Of a stretch of DNA of 64,000 nt, positions 45,411 through 54,948 are shown one piece after another; the first letter of the stretch is position 1; each line of letters opens with the position of its first letter. The stretch covers positions 33,602 to 97,601 of the forward strand of contig CACOWI010000005.1 of the NCBI GenBank assembly GCA_902630885.1, given 5' to 3'. Origin of the DNA: an uncultured SAR86 cluster bacterium. Its GTDB lineage: Bacteria; Pseudomonadota; Gammaproteobacteria; Magnimaribacterales; D2472. Under the pieces are notes generated by a model that saw only the letters and a list, made by a program, of their open reading frames with translations, was not told the origin of the DNA and ran no database searches. A program made the position numbers and the translations under genes.

Positions 45411-47256
45411 ACTTTATACTTTTAATATCTAATCCAGCTTCAATCAACATTTCTTCTCTTGAGGCATGTTCGATGAATCTGTCAGGTATTCCAAAAAGAA
45501 TTGATCTAACCTTTAAATTTTCATTAGATGCAAACTCTTGAACCGCACTTCCAGCGCCTCCCATAATTGAACCATCTTCTATGGAAATAAAAACCTCAGC
45601 CTTTTTGAGTAGTTTTTTTAATAACTTCTCATCTAGTGGTTTTACAAAACGCATATCAACTAAAGTTGCTTTAAGTTCCTTCGAAATTTCATTTGCTTCT
45701 TTTAAAAGAGTTCCAAAGTTTAGAATTACAATTTCAGAACTTTCTTCATTTATGATGTTTGCCTCTCCAATATTTAAAGGTTTAAGATCTTTGTCAATTT
45801 TACTATTAGGTCCAGTACCTCTTGGATATCTAACAGAGGCTGGTCCGTTATATAAGTATGCTGTTGTTAACAATTTTCTTGTTTCATTTTCATCTGAGGG
45901 GGTACATATCACCATGTTTGGAATACACCTTAAATAAGCGATATCATAATTACCTGAATGAGTAGGACCATCTTCACCAACAAGACCAGATCTATCCAAT
46001 GCAAATGTGACATCAAGATTTTGAACGGCAACGTCATGTATTAATTGATCGTAACCTCTTTGTAAAAAAGTTGAATATATTGCTAACACAGGTTTCTTTT
46101 TTTCTACTGATAAACCTGCAGCAAATGTTACAGAGTGCTGCTCTGCAATAGCAACATCAAAATATCTATCAGGAAATTTTTTACTGAATTCAACAAGCCC
46201 TGATCCTTCTCTCATTGCAGGTGTAATTCCAATGAGATCCTCGCTAACTTTGGCCATATCTATAATCCATTCACCAAATATATCTTGATATTTTTTTTGT
46301 TTAGACTGTTTATCTTTGATTGATTTAATCTTCCCAATTGCATGGAAACCAATTCTATCAGCTTCAGCTGAATCTAAACCTGCACCTTTTTTCGTGATTA
46401 CATGTAAAAATTGAGGGCCATCAAATTCTTTTAGGTTCGAAATAACATCATTTAATTCTTTTAGATTGTGTCCATCAATTGGCCCAATATAATTTAACCC
46501 AAGTTCCTCAAAAATGCTTCCTGGTGCTACCATAGCTTTCATTTGTGTCTCTACTTTTCTAGCTAAATGATATGCTTGTGGTAAAGGCTTCAAGAAACTA
46601 GAACCGCTCTTTTTAATTCCTTTATAAATTTTTGATGCCCATATTCTTGAAAAGTAATTAGATAAGCCACCAACATTTTCTGAAATAGACATGTCGTTAT
46701 CATTCAAAACAATTAACAAGTTTGGTTTTAAATGTCCAATGTGACTTAGTGCCTCAAAAGCCATACCCGCAGTCATAGCTCCATCTCCAATTACAGCAAC
46801 ATGTTTCTTATCTGGACTAGATTCTTTTGATGCAATCGCCATACCGACAAGAGCGCTTAAAGAAGTGCTTGAGTGACCGACACCAAAAGCATCATATTCA
46901 CTTTCCGATATTGAGGGGAAGGGCGCCAAACCATTTTTCTTCCTAATTGTAGTAATTTTATCTTTTCTTCCTGTAAGGATTTTATGAGGGTATGCTTGAT
47001 GACCAACATCCCATACTAAATTATCATATGGAGTGTTATACAGATAGTGAAGTATTATTGTTAGCTCAACAACACCAAGCCCACCACCCAAATGTCCACC
47101 ACTTTGACCTACTGAATATAGTAAAAATTCCCTTAACTCATTTGCCAGAGTTTCTAGTTCATTTATTGAAAATGATCTTAAGTCAGAGGGAAAAGTCACT
47201 GAATCTAGCAAAGGAGTTTTTGGCAGTTCAGTAGGTATTTCTTTAAAGATTTTCAA
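45388..47256 (-). CDS. dxs: 1-deoxy-D-xylulose-5-phosphate synthase
   Basis: GGHLGGGLGVVELT, VWDVGHQAYPHKILTGR, the TPP motif GDGAMTAGMAFEALS...NDN and DRSGLVGEDGPTH. Downstream of ispA-xseB. Confidence 0.95.
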   Translation of the reverse strand: MKIFKEIPTELPKTPLLDSVTFPSDLRSFSINELETLANELREFLLYSVGQSGGHLGGGLGVVELTIILHYLYNTPYDNLVWDVGHQAYPHKILTGRKDKITTIRKKNGLAPFPSISESEYDAFGVGHSSTSLSALVGMAIASKESSPDKKHVAVIGDGAMTAGMAFEALSHIGHLKPNLLIVLNDNDMSISENVGGLSNYFSRIWASKIYKGIKKSGSSFLKPLPQAYHLARKVETQMKAMVAPGSIFEELGLNYIGPIDGHNLKELNDVISNLKEFDGPQFLHVITKKGAGLDSAEADRIGFHAIGKIKSIKDKQSKQKKYQDIFGEWIIDMAKVSEDLIGITPAMREGSGLVEFSKKFPDRYFDVAIAEQHSVTFAAGLSVEKKKPVLAIYSTFLQRGYDQLIHDVAVQNLDVTFALDRSGLVGEDGPTHSGNYDIAYLRCIPNMVICTPSDENETRKLLTTAYLYNGPASVRYPRGTGPNSKIDKDLKPLNIGEANIINEESSEIVILNFGTLLKEANEISKELKATLVDMRFVKPLDEKLLKKLLKKAEVFISIEDGSIMGGAGSAVQEFASNENLKVRSILFGIPDRFIEHASREEMLIEAGLDIKSIKSKLSKLL

Positions 47257-47257
47257 T

Positions 47258-48127
47258 TTATTTTTCTCTGTATGAAATATATTTTGCTAATTCTATCAAT
47301 AAATCAATTTCACTTGATTCAATGTTTTTTAAATCATTAACTGCAGATTCACATAAACTTTTAGATCTTCGAATGGATTCATCAAGACCAAAAATATTAA
47401 CGTATGTAGCCCTACAATTTTTAAAATCTGAATTGATATTTTTTCCTAAAGTTTTCTCATTTGAAGTGACTTCGAGAATATCATCTGTTATCTGAAATGC
47501 TAATCCAATTTTCCTGCCAAAGTTGGTCATATGATTTTTTTCTTCGGAAATTTCATTACCTATTTGCCCCAACATGACAGAGCATTCTATGAGTTTGCCT
47601 GTTTTTAAAATGTGAATATCTTCAATAAGTTGCTTATTAATTTTTTTTGTTTCTGAATTTATATCTAAATGTTGACCATATACCATGCCATCTTTACCAC
47701 ATGCCTTACTTATCATTCTTATTGCTTCAACTTTATAGCTATCTTTTAAAGAACTTTCATCACAAATAATCTCATAAGCAAGAGTTTGAAGCGCATCCCC
47801 AGCAAGAATTGCATTTGCCTCACCAAATTTAATGTGACTTGAATCCTGTCCTCTTCGTAAATCGTCATCATCCATTGATGGGAGGTCATCATGGATTAAC
47901 GAATAAGTATGAATGAGTTCTACGCCTGTAGCCATGGTTATAAGACCCACATCAGAGATTTGTTTATTAATCTTTCCAGATGCAATAATTAGAGCTGCTC
48001 TAATCATTTTACTCTCACCCAAAGCTGAGTAAGACATAGCTTTTTCAATTAAATTAGAATTGCCAATTGATTTGTCAATATTTTGAGAAACTTGATGTCT
48101 CGTTTGAGATAGAAAATCTTCCAACAC
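47258..48127 (-). CDS. ispA: (2E,6E)-farnesyl diphosphate synthase
   Basis: First DDxxD box LIHDDLPSMDDDDLRRG and second box FQITDDILE. Confidence 0.85.
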   Translation of the reverse strand: MLEDFLSQTRHQVSQNIDKSIGNSNLIEKAMSYSALGESKMIRAALIIASGKINKQISDVGLITMATGVELIHTYSLIHDDLPSMDDDDLRRGQDSSHIKFGEANAILAGDALQTLAYEIICDESSLKDSYKVEAIRMISKACGKDGMVYGQHLDINSETKKINKQLIEDIHILKTGKLIECSVMLGQIGNEISEEKNHMTNFGRKIGLAFQITDDILEVTSNEKTLGKNINSDFKNCRATYVNIFGLDESIRRSKSLCESAVNDLKNIESSEIDLLIELAKYISYREK

Positions 48128-48132
48128 TTTAT

Positions 48133-48357
48133 TTATGTGTTATCAATTTCAGAAGCAGAACCATCATCAAGAAGTTTTTTAATTTTTAATTCTGCTGATT
48201 GAAGTTGTTTTTGACATTCCTTTACAAGATTTACGCCTTTTTCAAATGACTTTACAGAGTCTTCTAAATTAATATTTTCATCTTCTAATTTTGAAACAAT
48301 ACTTTCAAGTTCTTTAAGAGATGACTCAAAATCTATTTTTTTATCTTCTTTAGCCAT
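48133..48357 (-). CDS. xseB: Exodeoxyribonuclease VII small subunit
   Basis: 74 aa with FESSLKELESIVSKLE...LEDSVKSFEKG pattern, in the conserved xseB-ispA-dxs order. Confidence 0.85.
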   Translation of the reverse strand: MAKEDKKIDFESSLKELESIVSKLEDENINLEDSVKSFEKGVNLVKECQKQLQSAELKIKKLLDDGSASEIDNT

Positions 48358-48360
48358 AAT

Positions 48361-51300
48361 TTATTGTATGCCATCCACTTGAGTTTTAAAGAATTTTTTG
48401 TATTCATTTTTTAATGCGAAAGGTAATGATAAAACTGCCGGAGTAAGTATTAATGTCATAAATGTACTAAATCCGAGACCCCATACAATTGATACTGCAA
48501 GATTTGACCACCAATCTACAACTCTACTCCCAATGACGACGTCTCTAGAAATGATATCTACACTCACGCCCATTGCCAAAGGCAATAAACCAAAAATTGT
48601 TGTAAGTGATGTAAGGATAATTGGTCTTAATCTTTGCTTGCATGCATTTATGATATGAATTGATTGGTCAATTTGAGGAGACTCTTCTTTTAATTTATTA
48701 AAAGTATCAATCAATACTATATTGTTATTCACAACAATTCCTGCGAGAGTAACTATCGATATGCCTGTCATAGTTGTACTGAAAGACTTGCCAGTTATGA
48801 GAAGGCCTAATAAAACTCCTACAAATGATATTGTAACCGCCGACAAAATAATGAAAGATTGATAAAAACTGTTAAATTGTGTGATAAGCATTAATAGCAT
48901 CATAAATATTGCTGTAATACCAGCAACAATTATAAATCTATTTACGTCTTCAGTTTCTTCAGCCATTCCGCTAAATTTATAATTAATGTTTGGTCCTAAA
49001 TCAGTAGTCTCTAGCCAATCACTTAATTGGTTAATTTTTTCAGAGACCTTTGATTCATCCTCAGTTCCAGCTCCAATTTCTTGAAAATATTTGCCATTCT
49101 TTCTATTAACTGTTTGACGATTCTCTTTAGGTACAACTTGAACAAAAGAACTTACTGGCACAGTACCCTGTCTAGTAACAACGTTTAAGTCTCTTATTCC
49201 GGTAATAGTTCTATCAGAATCTGGAAATCTAGCCCTTATTTCAACTTCGTCTTTAGCATCATCTGGTCTATATTCACCTACTTTAAATCCGGAAGTTAAC
49301 ATTTGAACCAAGGCACCAACATCACTTACACTAACACCCAATTGAGCTGCTTTTTGTTTATCTACTTCAACGCTCCATTCAACAGATGGATATGCTTTGG
49401 ATGAAAAAATATTATTTAAACCGCTCATATTATTACGCATATGATTTTCAATTTTGGTTACTGCCTCATTAACTTGTTCCTCTGTATCTCCGAAAACATC
49501 TAACTCAATAGGTGAATCGAATGATGGTCCTCCTTCGTCTGCTTCTACTTCGACAGCTATTCCTGGCATGTCATTAGTCGATTCTTTTAAAAGATCCATA
49601 ATTTCAAAGCCTGAAATTTTTGTTTGAGAGGGTTCTAATGTCTCTATAAAACCACCTCCAACTCTATCAGAGCCTGACTCCCACCAATTCGAACCAGATC
49701 TTAGGTATACATTTTTTATACCTTCAACCTCAAGAAATCTTTCTTCAACTTGCTCAACAATTTCTTTTGCTTCAAGCGCAGAAAAGTTACCCCTAGCTTT
49801 TATAGTTACATTGGCCTGGATTGGGTCAACAATCGCAAAATAAATTGTGCCCATACCAGATATGGAATAACTCATAATTATTATTAGCAGAACGGATACA
49901 ACTGCTGTTACAGTTTCAATTGGATTTCTTACAAACCTTTTTATGTATTTCCCGTACCAGTCAGTTAATTTTACAAAAATTGAGGTATGGCCATCATCAT
50001 TATTTAGAGCAGATTCTTTTTGTCCGAAGTAAGCCCCAAGAACAGGTATTACAATTAGTGAATAAAATAGCGATGCTGACAAGACAAAGAAAATTGTTAT
50101 TGGGAGATATTTCATAAACTGGCCAGTAAATCCTGGCCAAAACATCATTGGTATGAAAGCGGCTAATGTTGTTCCAGTTGACGCAATTATTGGATAAAAC
50201 ATTCTTTTTGAAGCCAATGTATAACCTTCAACACGTGAGAGACCTTCTGCAATTTTTTTATCCGCATATTCTGTTATGACAATTGAGCCATCAATAAGCA
50301 TTCCCATGCCAAGAAGCAAACCCATCATTACAAGGAAATTCACTTCCATATTCAAACTGTACAAAATTAAATATGTCATTAAAAAACAAAAAGGAATTGA
50401 AAGGCCAACCAACATTGAAACCCTTGTTCCCATGCTCGCTATTACAAGCACCATAATTAAGACTACTGCAGCGATTATGTTTCCGTTTAGTTCTTTAACC
50501 ATCAAGCTTGCATATATCGTATCGTCATTAGATACGACGATATCAAGATTATTTGGAAGGGTTTTTTCAAAGCTTGATAGTATTTCTCTAATTGCATTTG
50601 ATGCATCTATAGCATTAGCACTTTCCCTTAAAGAAATTTCCAATGTTACAGCATCCTCTCCATTTACTCTTGCATATGATGTGAAATCTTTGAATGTTCT
50701 CTTAATAACAGCGATATCACCAAGAGTTACAATTGCATCTTTTGTAACTTTGACCGGAATTGCATATACATCTTTTGCAGATTCAATAATACTTGGAACT
50801 TCAATATTAAAACTTCCTCTTCCAGTATCTTGCTTACCTCCCGGAATTATCACATTGTTATTTGAAACAGAATAATAAATATCAGATAGAGTCACGCCAT
50901 AAGACTCCATTTTTGCTTTATCTATAACTCCTTCAAGAACTTCTTCAGGAGCACCTGTCATTCTAACTTCAAGAATTTGCTCAATAGGTTCAATTAAGTC
51001 TTTAAGCTCTCTAGCATAAAAAACTTTTTGCCTAACTGAACTGCCACCAACAATACTAATGTTCATAACAGGAAAACTGGCTTCACTATATTCCTGAATC
51101 TGAGGATCTTCAGCCTCAAGCGGCAGTTGATATTTAATTTCTTCTACTCCTTGTTTTACATCCACCAAGGCTTTATCAATATCAAAACCGACTTCAAATT
51201 CTAGGAAGACCCTCGCATAACTTAGATAGCTTGTGGATCTTATACTTTCTACTCCAGTAATTGTTTTTAATCTATTTTCAAGTGGTCTTGCTATTAGCCT

Positions 51301-51483
51301 AGATGTATCACTTGGAGATGCCCCATCAAGAAAAACTGATACAGTTATAAACGGAAGTTGTACATTTGGCGATGCAGCAATTGGTATTTCTTGCCTTGCA
51401 TACGATCCCGCAATAATCACCATAAATGCGATAAGAAGAGTTGTTTTTGCTTTTTTTATCGCAAAGTCAATTATTTTAATCAT
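48361..51483 (-). CDS. RND-family efflux transporter, inner-membrane permease (AcrB/AcrD/AcrF superfamily)
   Basis: 1040 aa. The 12-TM, two-large-periplasmic-loop architecture is evident from the hydrophobicity pattern. Start overlaps the adaptor gene stop (ATGA). Confidence 0.85.
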   Translation of the reverse strand: MIKIIDFAIKKAKTTLLIAFMVIIAGSYARQEIPIAASPNVQLPFITVSVFLDGASPSDTSRLIARPLENRLKTITGVESIRSTSYLSYARVFLEFEVGFDIDKALVDVKQGVEEIKYQLPLEAEDPQIQEYSEASFPVMNISIVGGSSVRQKVFYARELKDLIEPIEQILEVRMTGAPEEVLEGVIDKAKMESYGVTLSDIYYSVSNNNVIIPGGKQDTGRGSFNIEVPSIIESAKDVYAIPVKVTKDAIVTLGDIAVIKRTFKDFTSYARVNGEDAVTLEISLRESANAIDASNAIREILSSFEKTLPNNLDIVVSNDDTIYASLMVKELNGNIIAAVVLIMVLVIASMGTRVSMLVGLSIPFCFLMTYLILYSLNMEVNFLVMMGLLLGMGMLIDGSIVITEYADKKIAEGLSRVEGYTLASKRMFYPIIASTGTTLAAFIPMMFWPGFTGQFMKYLPITIFFVLSASLFYSLIVIPVLGAYFGQKESALNNDDGHTSIFVKLTDWYGKYIKRFVRNPIETVTAVVSVLLIIIMSYSISGMGTIYFAIVDPIQANVTIKARGNFSALEAKEIVEQVEERFLEVEGIKNVYLRSGSNWWESGSDRVGGGFIETLEPSQTKISGFEIMDLLKESTNDMPGIAVEVEADEGGPSFDSPIELDVFGDTEEQVNEAVTKIENHMRNNMSGLNNIFSSKAYPSVEWSVEVDKQKAAQLGVSVSDVGALVQMLTSGFKVGEYRPDDAKDEVEIRARFPDSDRTITGIRDLNVVTRQGTVPVSSFVQVVPKENRQTVNRKNGKYFQEIGAGTEDESKVSEKINQLSDWLETTDLGPNINYKFSGMAEETEDVNRFIIVAGITAIFMMLLMLITQFNSFYQSFIILSAVTISFVGVLLGLLITGKSFSTTMTGISIVTLAGIVVNNNIVLIDTFNKLKEESPQIDQSIHIINACKQRLRPIILTSLTTIFGLLPLAMGVSVDIISRDVVIGSRVVDWWSNLAVSIVWGLGFSTFMTLILTPAVLSLPFALKNEYKKFFKTQVDGIQ

Positions 51484-52358
51484 ATACGATTAGTTATAAC
51501 TTCCTGACCGTCTTCAACGAAACCCTGACCCTGAATAATTATTTCAACTTCTTCTGGAATACCAGTAACCCAAAGTCCTTCCTCAGAATCCTCTAAAATT
51601 TCGATTTCAACGAACTGTGCAAGGTTTCCAATATTTACTATCCTGATACCTAATTTTCCTTCATCATTTAACAGAAGAATTGAAGGAGATATCTTGTGTG
51701 CTTTCACTTTATCAATTTCAATACTTATTTCTGCTGTAAGACCATCTTTGATTAATCCATCAGGATTGTTTATTTGAGACTCTACGTTGAATGTTCTTGT
51801 ATCTGGAGAAGCACTTTTAGATACAAATGTAAGTTTTCCCTCAATAGTCTGCCCAGTAACTAAATCTACATAAACACTTTGATCGATTCTAACTTTATTA
51901 ATATCGTATTCTGGGACTCCTGCTACTAGTGATATCGGATCTAATTGAATAATTGTTGCACATACCTGGCCTCTCTCAAGAAAATTTCCTGGTTTTACAA
52001 TTTGCTCAATATATCCTGAGAAGGGCGCCTTAACTTCTGTTCTATTTAGCTCAACCACACCCAAACTACATAAAACAGTATCTTTTTGAACAAATCGTCC
52101 TTGAACAGCTCCAATTTGAACTACTTCACCAGATGTTTTTGCTTTTACATTAATTCTTTTTTCAGATTTTGTAGTGGCTTTAAGTTTTATATAAGGTTGA
52201 TATTCTTTTGCAACGCTTAAAACTGTTTGAACATTGAATAGTTCGGATGATTGAATTGGTTCTTGAGGTGAATCATTTTTAAATAAACCAGAAATCATCC
52301 ACAAAAGAATTGGAATAAGAATGTACAAGGATATTCTGATATTTTTTGTTAATTTCAT
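51480..52358 (-). CDS. RND efflux periplasmic adaptor (membrane fusion protein)
   Basis: 292 aa with an N-terminal TM anchor and a lipoyl/beta-barrel-type sequence (VKAPFSGYIEQI, GQVCATI). Translationally coupled to the RND permease gene. Confidence 0.7.
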   Translation of the reverse strand: MKLTKNIRISLYILIPILLWMISGLFKNDSPQEPIQSSELFNVQTVLSVAKEYQPYIKLKATTKSEKRINVKAKTSGEVVQIGAVQGRFVQKDTVLCSLGVVELNRTEVKAPFSGYIEQIVKPGNFLERGQVCATIIQLDPISLVAGVPEYDINKVRIDQSVYVDLVTGQTIEGKLTFVSKSASPDTRTFNVESQINNPDGLIKDGLTAEISIEIDKVKAHKISPSILLLNDEGKLGIRIVNIGNLAQFVEIEILEDSEEGLWVTGIPEEVEIIIQGQGFVEDGQEVITNRI

Positions 52359-52398
52359 ATTATTAGAATCAAACTACTTTAGTAAACTATTAATAGTT

Positions 52399-53046
52399 TT
52401 AAACTTTATGTTTTTTTCTTAATTTTTCAAACAAGTCTTTATTAAGAGGTTTTCTAGTTTTAAGTTGTGTATTATCTTTTATTTCAAAATTTTTTCCATT
52501 AATAACTTCACTTTTTAAATTATTAAATATTTTTTTAAATGCATTAAAGTTTTCTTTTGTATCTTTTTCATTAAGACTATTCCAACCAATTTTTTTTCCG
52601 GTGAAATAAACAATAGGATGTGACCAATTAAATTCAATTCTTGGTTGGTATGATTTTCTAGCCTCTATGTATGCCTCTTCTGGTGTTGGGAAGCCATCCA
52701 TTTTGTTTATTTCTCCACATGCCTTCATGAGATCAGTTAATGTGGGTAGGTATGACTGAGATGTTATAACTTTCTCAACTGCAGATAGAATAATTTCTGG
52801 AGACTCATTTTTTAATGACATAGCCCAAAGCTTCTTTCCTTCTTTGAGTTTTTCATCAGTTCCAAAAACTTTATAAAATTGATAGTGATAAGCTAACTCA
52901 AGCTTGAGGAACATAGCATCAATAGATTTTATAAAATCTTCTTTAGTCGAGATTGATTTCTTTTGCCCAAGTGTTGTCATTTTTTCTTGTTTTGAAGTCT
53001 TTTGTATATTTTCCTGGTTCAGAATATTTTTTATTTTCTTCATCAC
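52399..53046 (-). CDS. Phage lambda replication protein P-like protein (candidate helicase loader); start ambiguous (53046, 52980 or 52914)
   Basis: From IDAMFLKLELAY... it is colinear in pattern with lambda P: W..A/S.., YLPTLTDLMKACGE versus FLPSPGQFVAWCRE, DGFPTPEEAY versus AGLPNVSELV, and a conserved W plus C-terminal basic tail. The ORF-track start overlaps the upstream gene by 104 nt. Confidence 0.55.
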   Translation of the reverse strand: MMKKIKNILNQENIQKTSKQEKMTTLGQKKSISTKEDFIKSIDAMFLKLELAYHYQFYKVFGTDEKLKEGKKLWAMSLKNESPEIILSAVEKVITSQSYLPTLTDLMKACGEINKMDGFPTPEEAYIEARKSYQPRIEFNWSHPIVYFTGKKIGWNSLNEKDTKENFNAFKKIFNNLKSEVINGKNFEIKDNTQLKTRKPLNKDLFEKLRKKHKV

Positions 53047-53728
53047 TACCTATTTCATTAATCGTTATGTGTCGCCTTTTCACATGCTCAATGAATTTTG
53101 AATTCCATGTTGTAAATGCAGAGCCTTTATCTTTCCAATACAAGATAAACTCTCTTAGATATTTTAACGCAGAATCTTTATTTATTTCTGATAGATTAAG
53201 AATATCAAACACATCTTCATCAGGATACCAGTTTTCATCAATAACATATGGAACAGCTTTCTTTGAATTAGTTTCTTTTGCCCATTCACGTCTTATAAAA
53301 TCAATAAATGTTGAATTCCAGTTATTCTTTTTTTGACCTCTCTCTATCCAGTAAATTTTAAATTCTTTGAGCTTTAGGTTGAAAAAATCATCTGTGATTT
53401 CAGTCATATTTAAAACCTCATTAACCTCAGGGGAAGGAGTCCATTCAATATCAAGCTGACATGAATCCATGCTTTTTTTTGGTTCTTTTAGTTTGTATGT
53501 TCTTCTACTGAGACTAATTAGTTGAAATTTAATTAGCGTATTAATAGATTCTTTGATTTTTTTTTCATCAAGAAATCTTAAATTCTTTTTCGTTGACTCA
53601 ATTAAACCCTCTAAAGATGCGGTATCTTCTAATAAGTTTTCATTATATTGATTGAGAATAAGTGCACACTCAATGCCAAGTGTTTCAGCTACTTCACTTG
53701 AAAAGGATAAGTTATCTTCATTACTCAA
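52943..53728 (-). CDS. Protein with two tandem DnaT-type (primosomal protein DnaT C-terminal/ssDNA-binding-like) domains
   Basis: Internal duplication: WTPSPEVNEVLNMTEI..LKEFKIYWIERGQKKNNWNSTFIDFIRREW and WYPDEDVFDILNLSEI..LREFILYWKDKGSAFTTWNSKFIEHVKRRH. Both mirror E. coli DnaT: [45 protein letters not shown]. Confidence 0.55.
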   Translation of the reverse strand: MSNEDNLSFSSEVAETLGIECALILNQYNENLLEDTASLEGLIESTKKNLRFLDEKKIKESINTLIKFQLISLSRRTYKLKEPKKSMDSCQLDIEWTPSPEVNEVLNMTEITDDFFNLKLKEFKIYWIERGQKKNNWNSTFIDFIRREWAKETNSKKAVPYVIDENWYPDEDVFDILNLSEINKDSALKYLREFILYWKDKGSAFTTWNSKFIEHVKRRHITINEIGSDEENKKYSEPGKYTKDFKTRKNDNTWAKEINLD

Positions 53729-53733
53729 TTATA

Positions 53734-54783
53734 TTATTTACCTCTTTTTGAATTTATAGCATCATTCAGCTTATTTAGACATATCAAAGTATCTTCCCAG
53801 CCCATACATGCATCAGTAATGCTTTGTCCATAATTTAGTTTTTCAGTAATTTTTTGATTACCTTCATTTAAATGACTCTCAATCATTACGCCTTTTATAT
53901 TTTTATTACCCACAGCAATTTGTTCAGATATCGAATCAATAACTGGAATTTGTTGCTTAAATTTCTTTTGGCTATTTCCATGACTCGCATCAATCATTAT
54001 TGACTCATTAACCTCTGCTTCTTTTAATGCAGTTAAAGTACTATCCACTGATTCTTTATCAAAATTTGGTACTTTTCCACCTCTTAAAATTATATGAGCA
54101 TCATTATTGCCAGCTGTTTTGAGCATAGCTATGTCAGCTTCCTTTGTTGCACCTAGAAAGACATGAGAGTGATTTGCCGCTTGTATTCCATCAATCGCAG
54201 CTTTAAGACCACCATTTGTACCGTTTTTTATTCCAATAGGACAAGAAAGGCCTGAGGCGAGTTCTCTATGAATTTGGCTTTCCGCAGTTCTCGCGCCGAT
54301 TGCACCCCAAGAAATAACATCAGTCACATATTGTGGGGAAATTGGATCTAAAAATTCTGTCCCTGCAGGCAATCCTAACTCTGCAATTTCAATGAGCAAT
54401 TTTCTAGCCATTTCAACGCCTTTAGCAATATTATAGGTTTCATTGATATCAGGATCATTTATTAGCCCTTTCCATCCAACAGTTGTTCTTGGCTTTTCAA
54501 AATAAACTCTCATTATTAATAAAAGATTTTCACTAAAATTTTTGTGTTCAATTGATAGTCTTTCTGCATATTCAAGTGCGCTTTTTGGATCATGAATTGA
54601 ACAAGGCCCAACTACAACGAATATTCGATCATCTTTATCATGAAGAATTTGACTAATTTCATTTCTTGTACCATACACAAGCTTCGATATTTCATCATTT
54701 ATAGGATATTTGTTGACCAGCTCGTAAGGTGCTGGAACTTTTTTCCTATCAATAATTCTTGTGTTATCTGTTGAATAATTCAT
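53734..54783 (-). CDS. Class I (AroF/G/H-type) 3-deoxy-7-phosphoheptulonate (DAHP) synthase
   Basis: 349 aa with VVGPCSIHDP, RVYFEKPRTTVGWKGLINDP, GLSCPIGIKNGT and IMIDASHGNS. Which feedback isozyme it is cannot be told from sequence alone. Confidence 0.9.
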   Translation of the reverse strand: MNYSTDNTRIIDRKKVPAPYELVNKYPINDEISKLVYGTRNEISQILHDKDDRIFVVVGPCSIHDPKSALEYAERLSIEHKNFSENLLLIMRVYFEKPRTTVGWKGLINDPDINETYNIAKGVEMARKLLIEIAELGLPAGTEFLDPISPQYVTDVISWGAIGARTAESQIHRELASGLSCPIGIKNGTNGGLKAAIDGIQAANHSHVFLGATKEADIAMLKTAGNNDAHIILRGGKVPNFDKESVDSTLTALKEAEVNESIMIDASHGNSQKKFKQQIPVIDSISEQIAVGNKNIKGVMIESHLNEGNQKITEKLNYGQSITDACMGWEDTLICLNKLNDAINSKRGK

Positions 54784-54915
54784 ATCTTTATATTTTATAA
54801 CTCTATTTTGAGAAATGGCCTCATATTATTAAATTAATATTTGTTAATGAAAACCATTTTTGTTAAGTAATTGAATTTAAAAAAATTGCTACAAATATGC
54901 ATTTTTTAAGGAAAA

Positions 54916-54929
54916 ACACTACATATTGT
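54916..54929. promoter_or_regulatory. Imperfect palindrome ACACTACATATTGT, a possible operator half of a pair
   Basis: Differs at 2 of 14 positions from the perfect palindrome 33 bp downstream. Lies in the 185-bp DAHP synthase/scpA divergent intergenic region. Confidence 0.3.
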
Positions 54930-54948
54930 ATTAAAATAACTAAAACTT

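Noticed and set aside
50276-50875. 199-aa plus-strand ORF from the track
   Set aside because: It is antisense to the RND permease TM region, a typical shadow ORF opposite a long conserved gene. The other short antisense track ORFs are judged the same way. These include 795..1028, 2108..2380, 2777..3130, 3907..4310, 6630..6941, 12791..12985, 17737..17943, 19684..19869, 22298..22686, 23171..23893, 27002..27211 and 27647..27844. They also include 30790..31347, 33818..34036, 35570..35893, 36193..36402, 37674..37991, 40459..40929, 42125..43129, 43395..43628, 45581..45937 and 46992..47234. The remainder are 48398..48658, 49920..50117, 51233..51493, 52904..53336, 56815..57039, 57212..57445, 58688..58921, 59338..59529, 61867..62085 and 63215..63406.
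54834-54902. 22-codon minus-strand mini-ORF (MHICSNFFKFNYLTKMVFINKY) upstream of the DAHP synthase gene, considered as a Phe/Tyr-rich attenuator leader peptide
   Set aside because: No Shine-Dalgarno sequence and no downstream alternative terminator/antiterminator hairpins were found; the region is almost pure AT. TTT/TAT/AAT codons are expected by chance at this composition.
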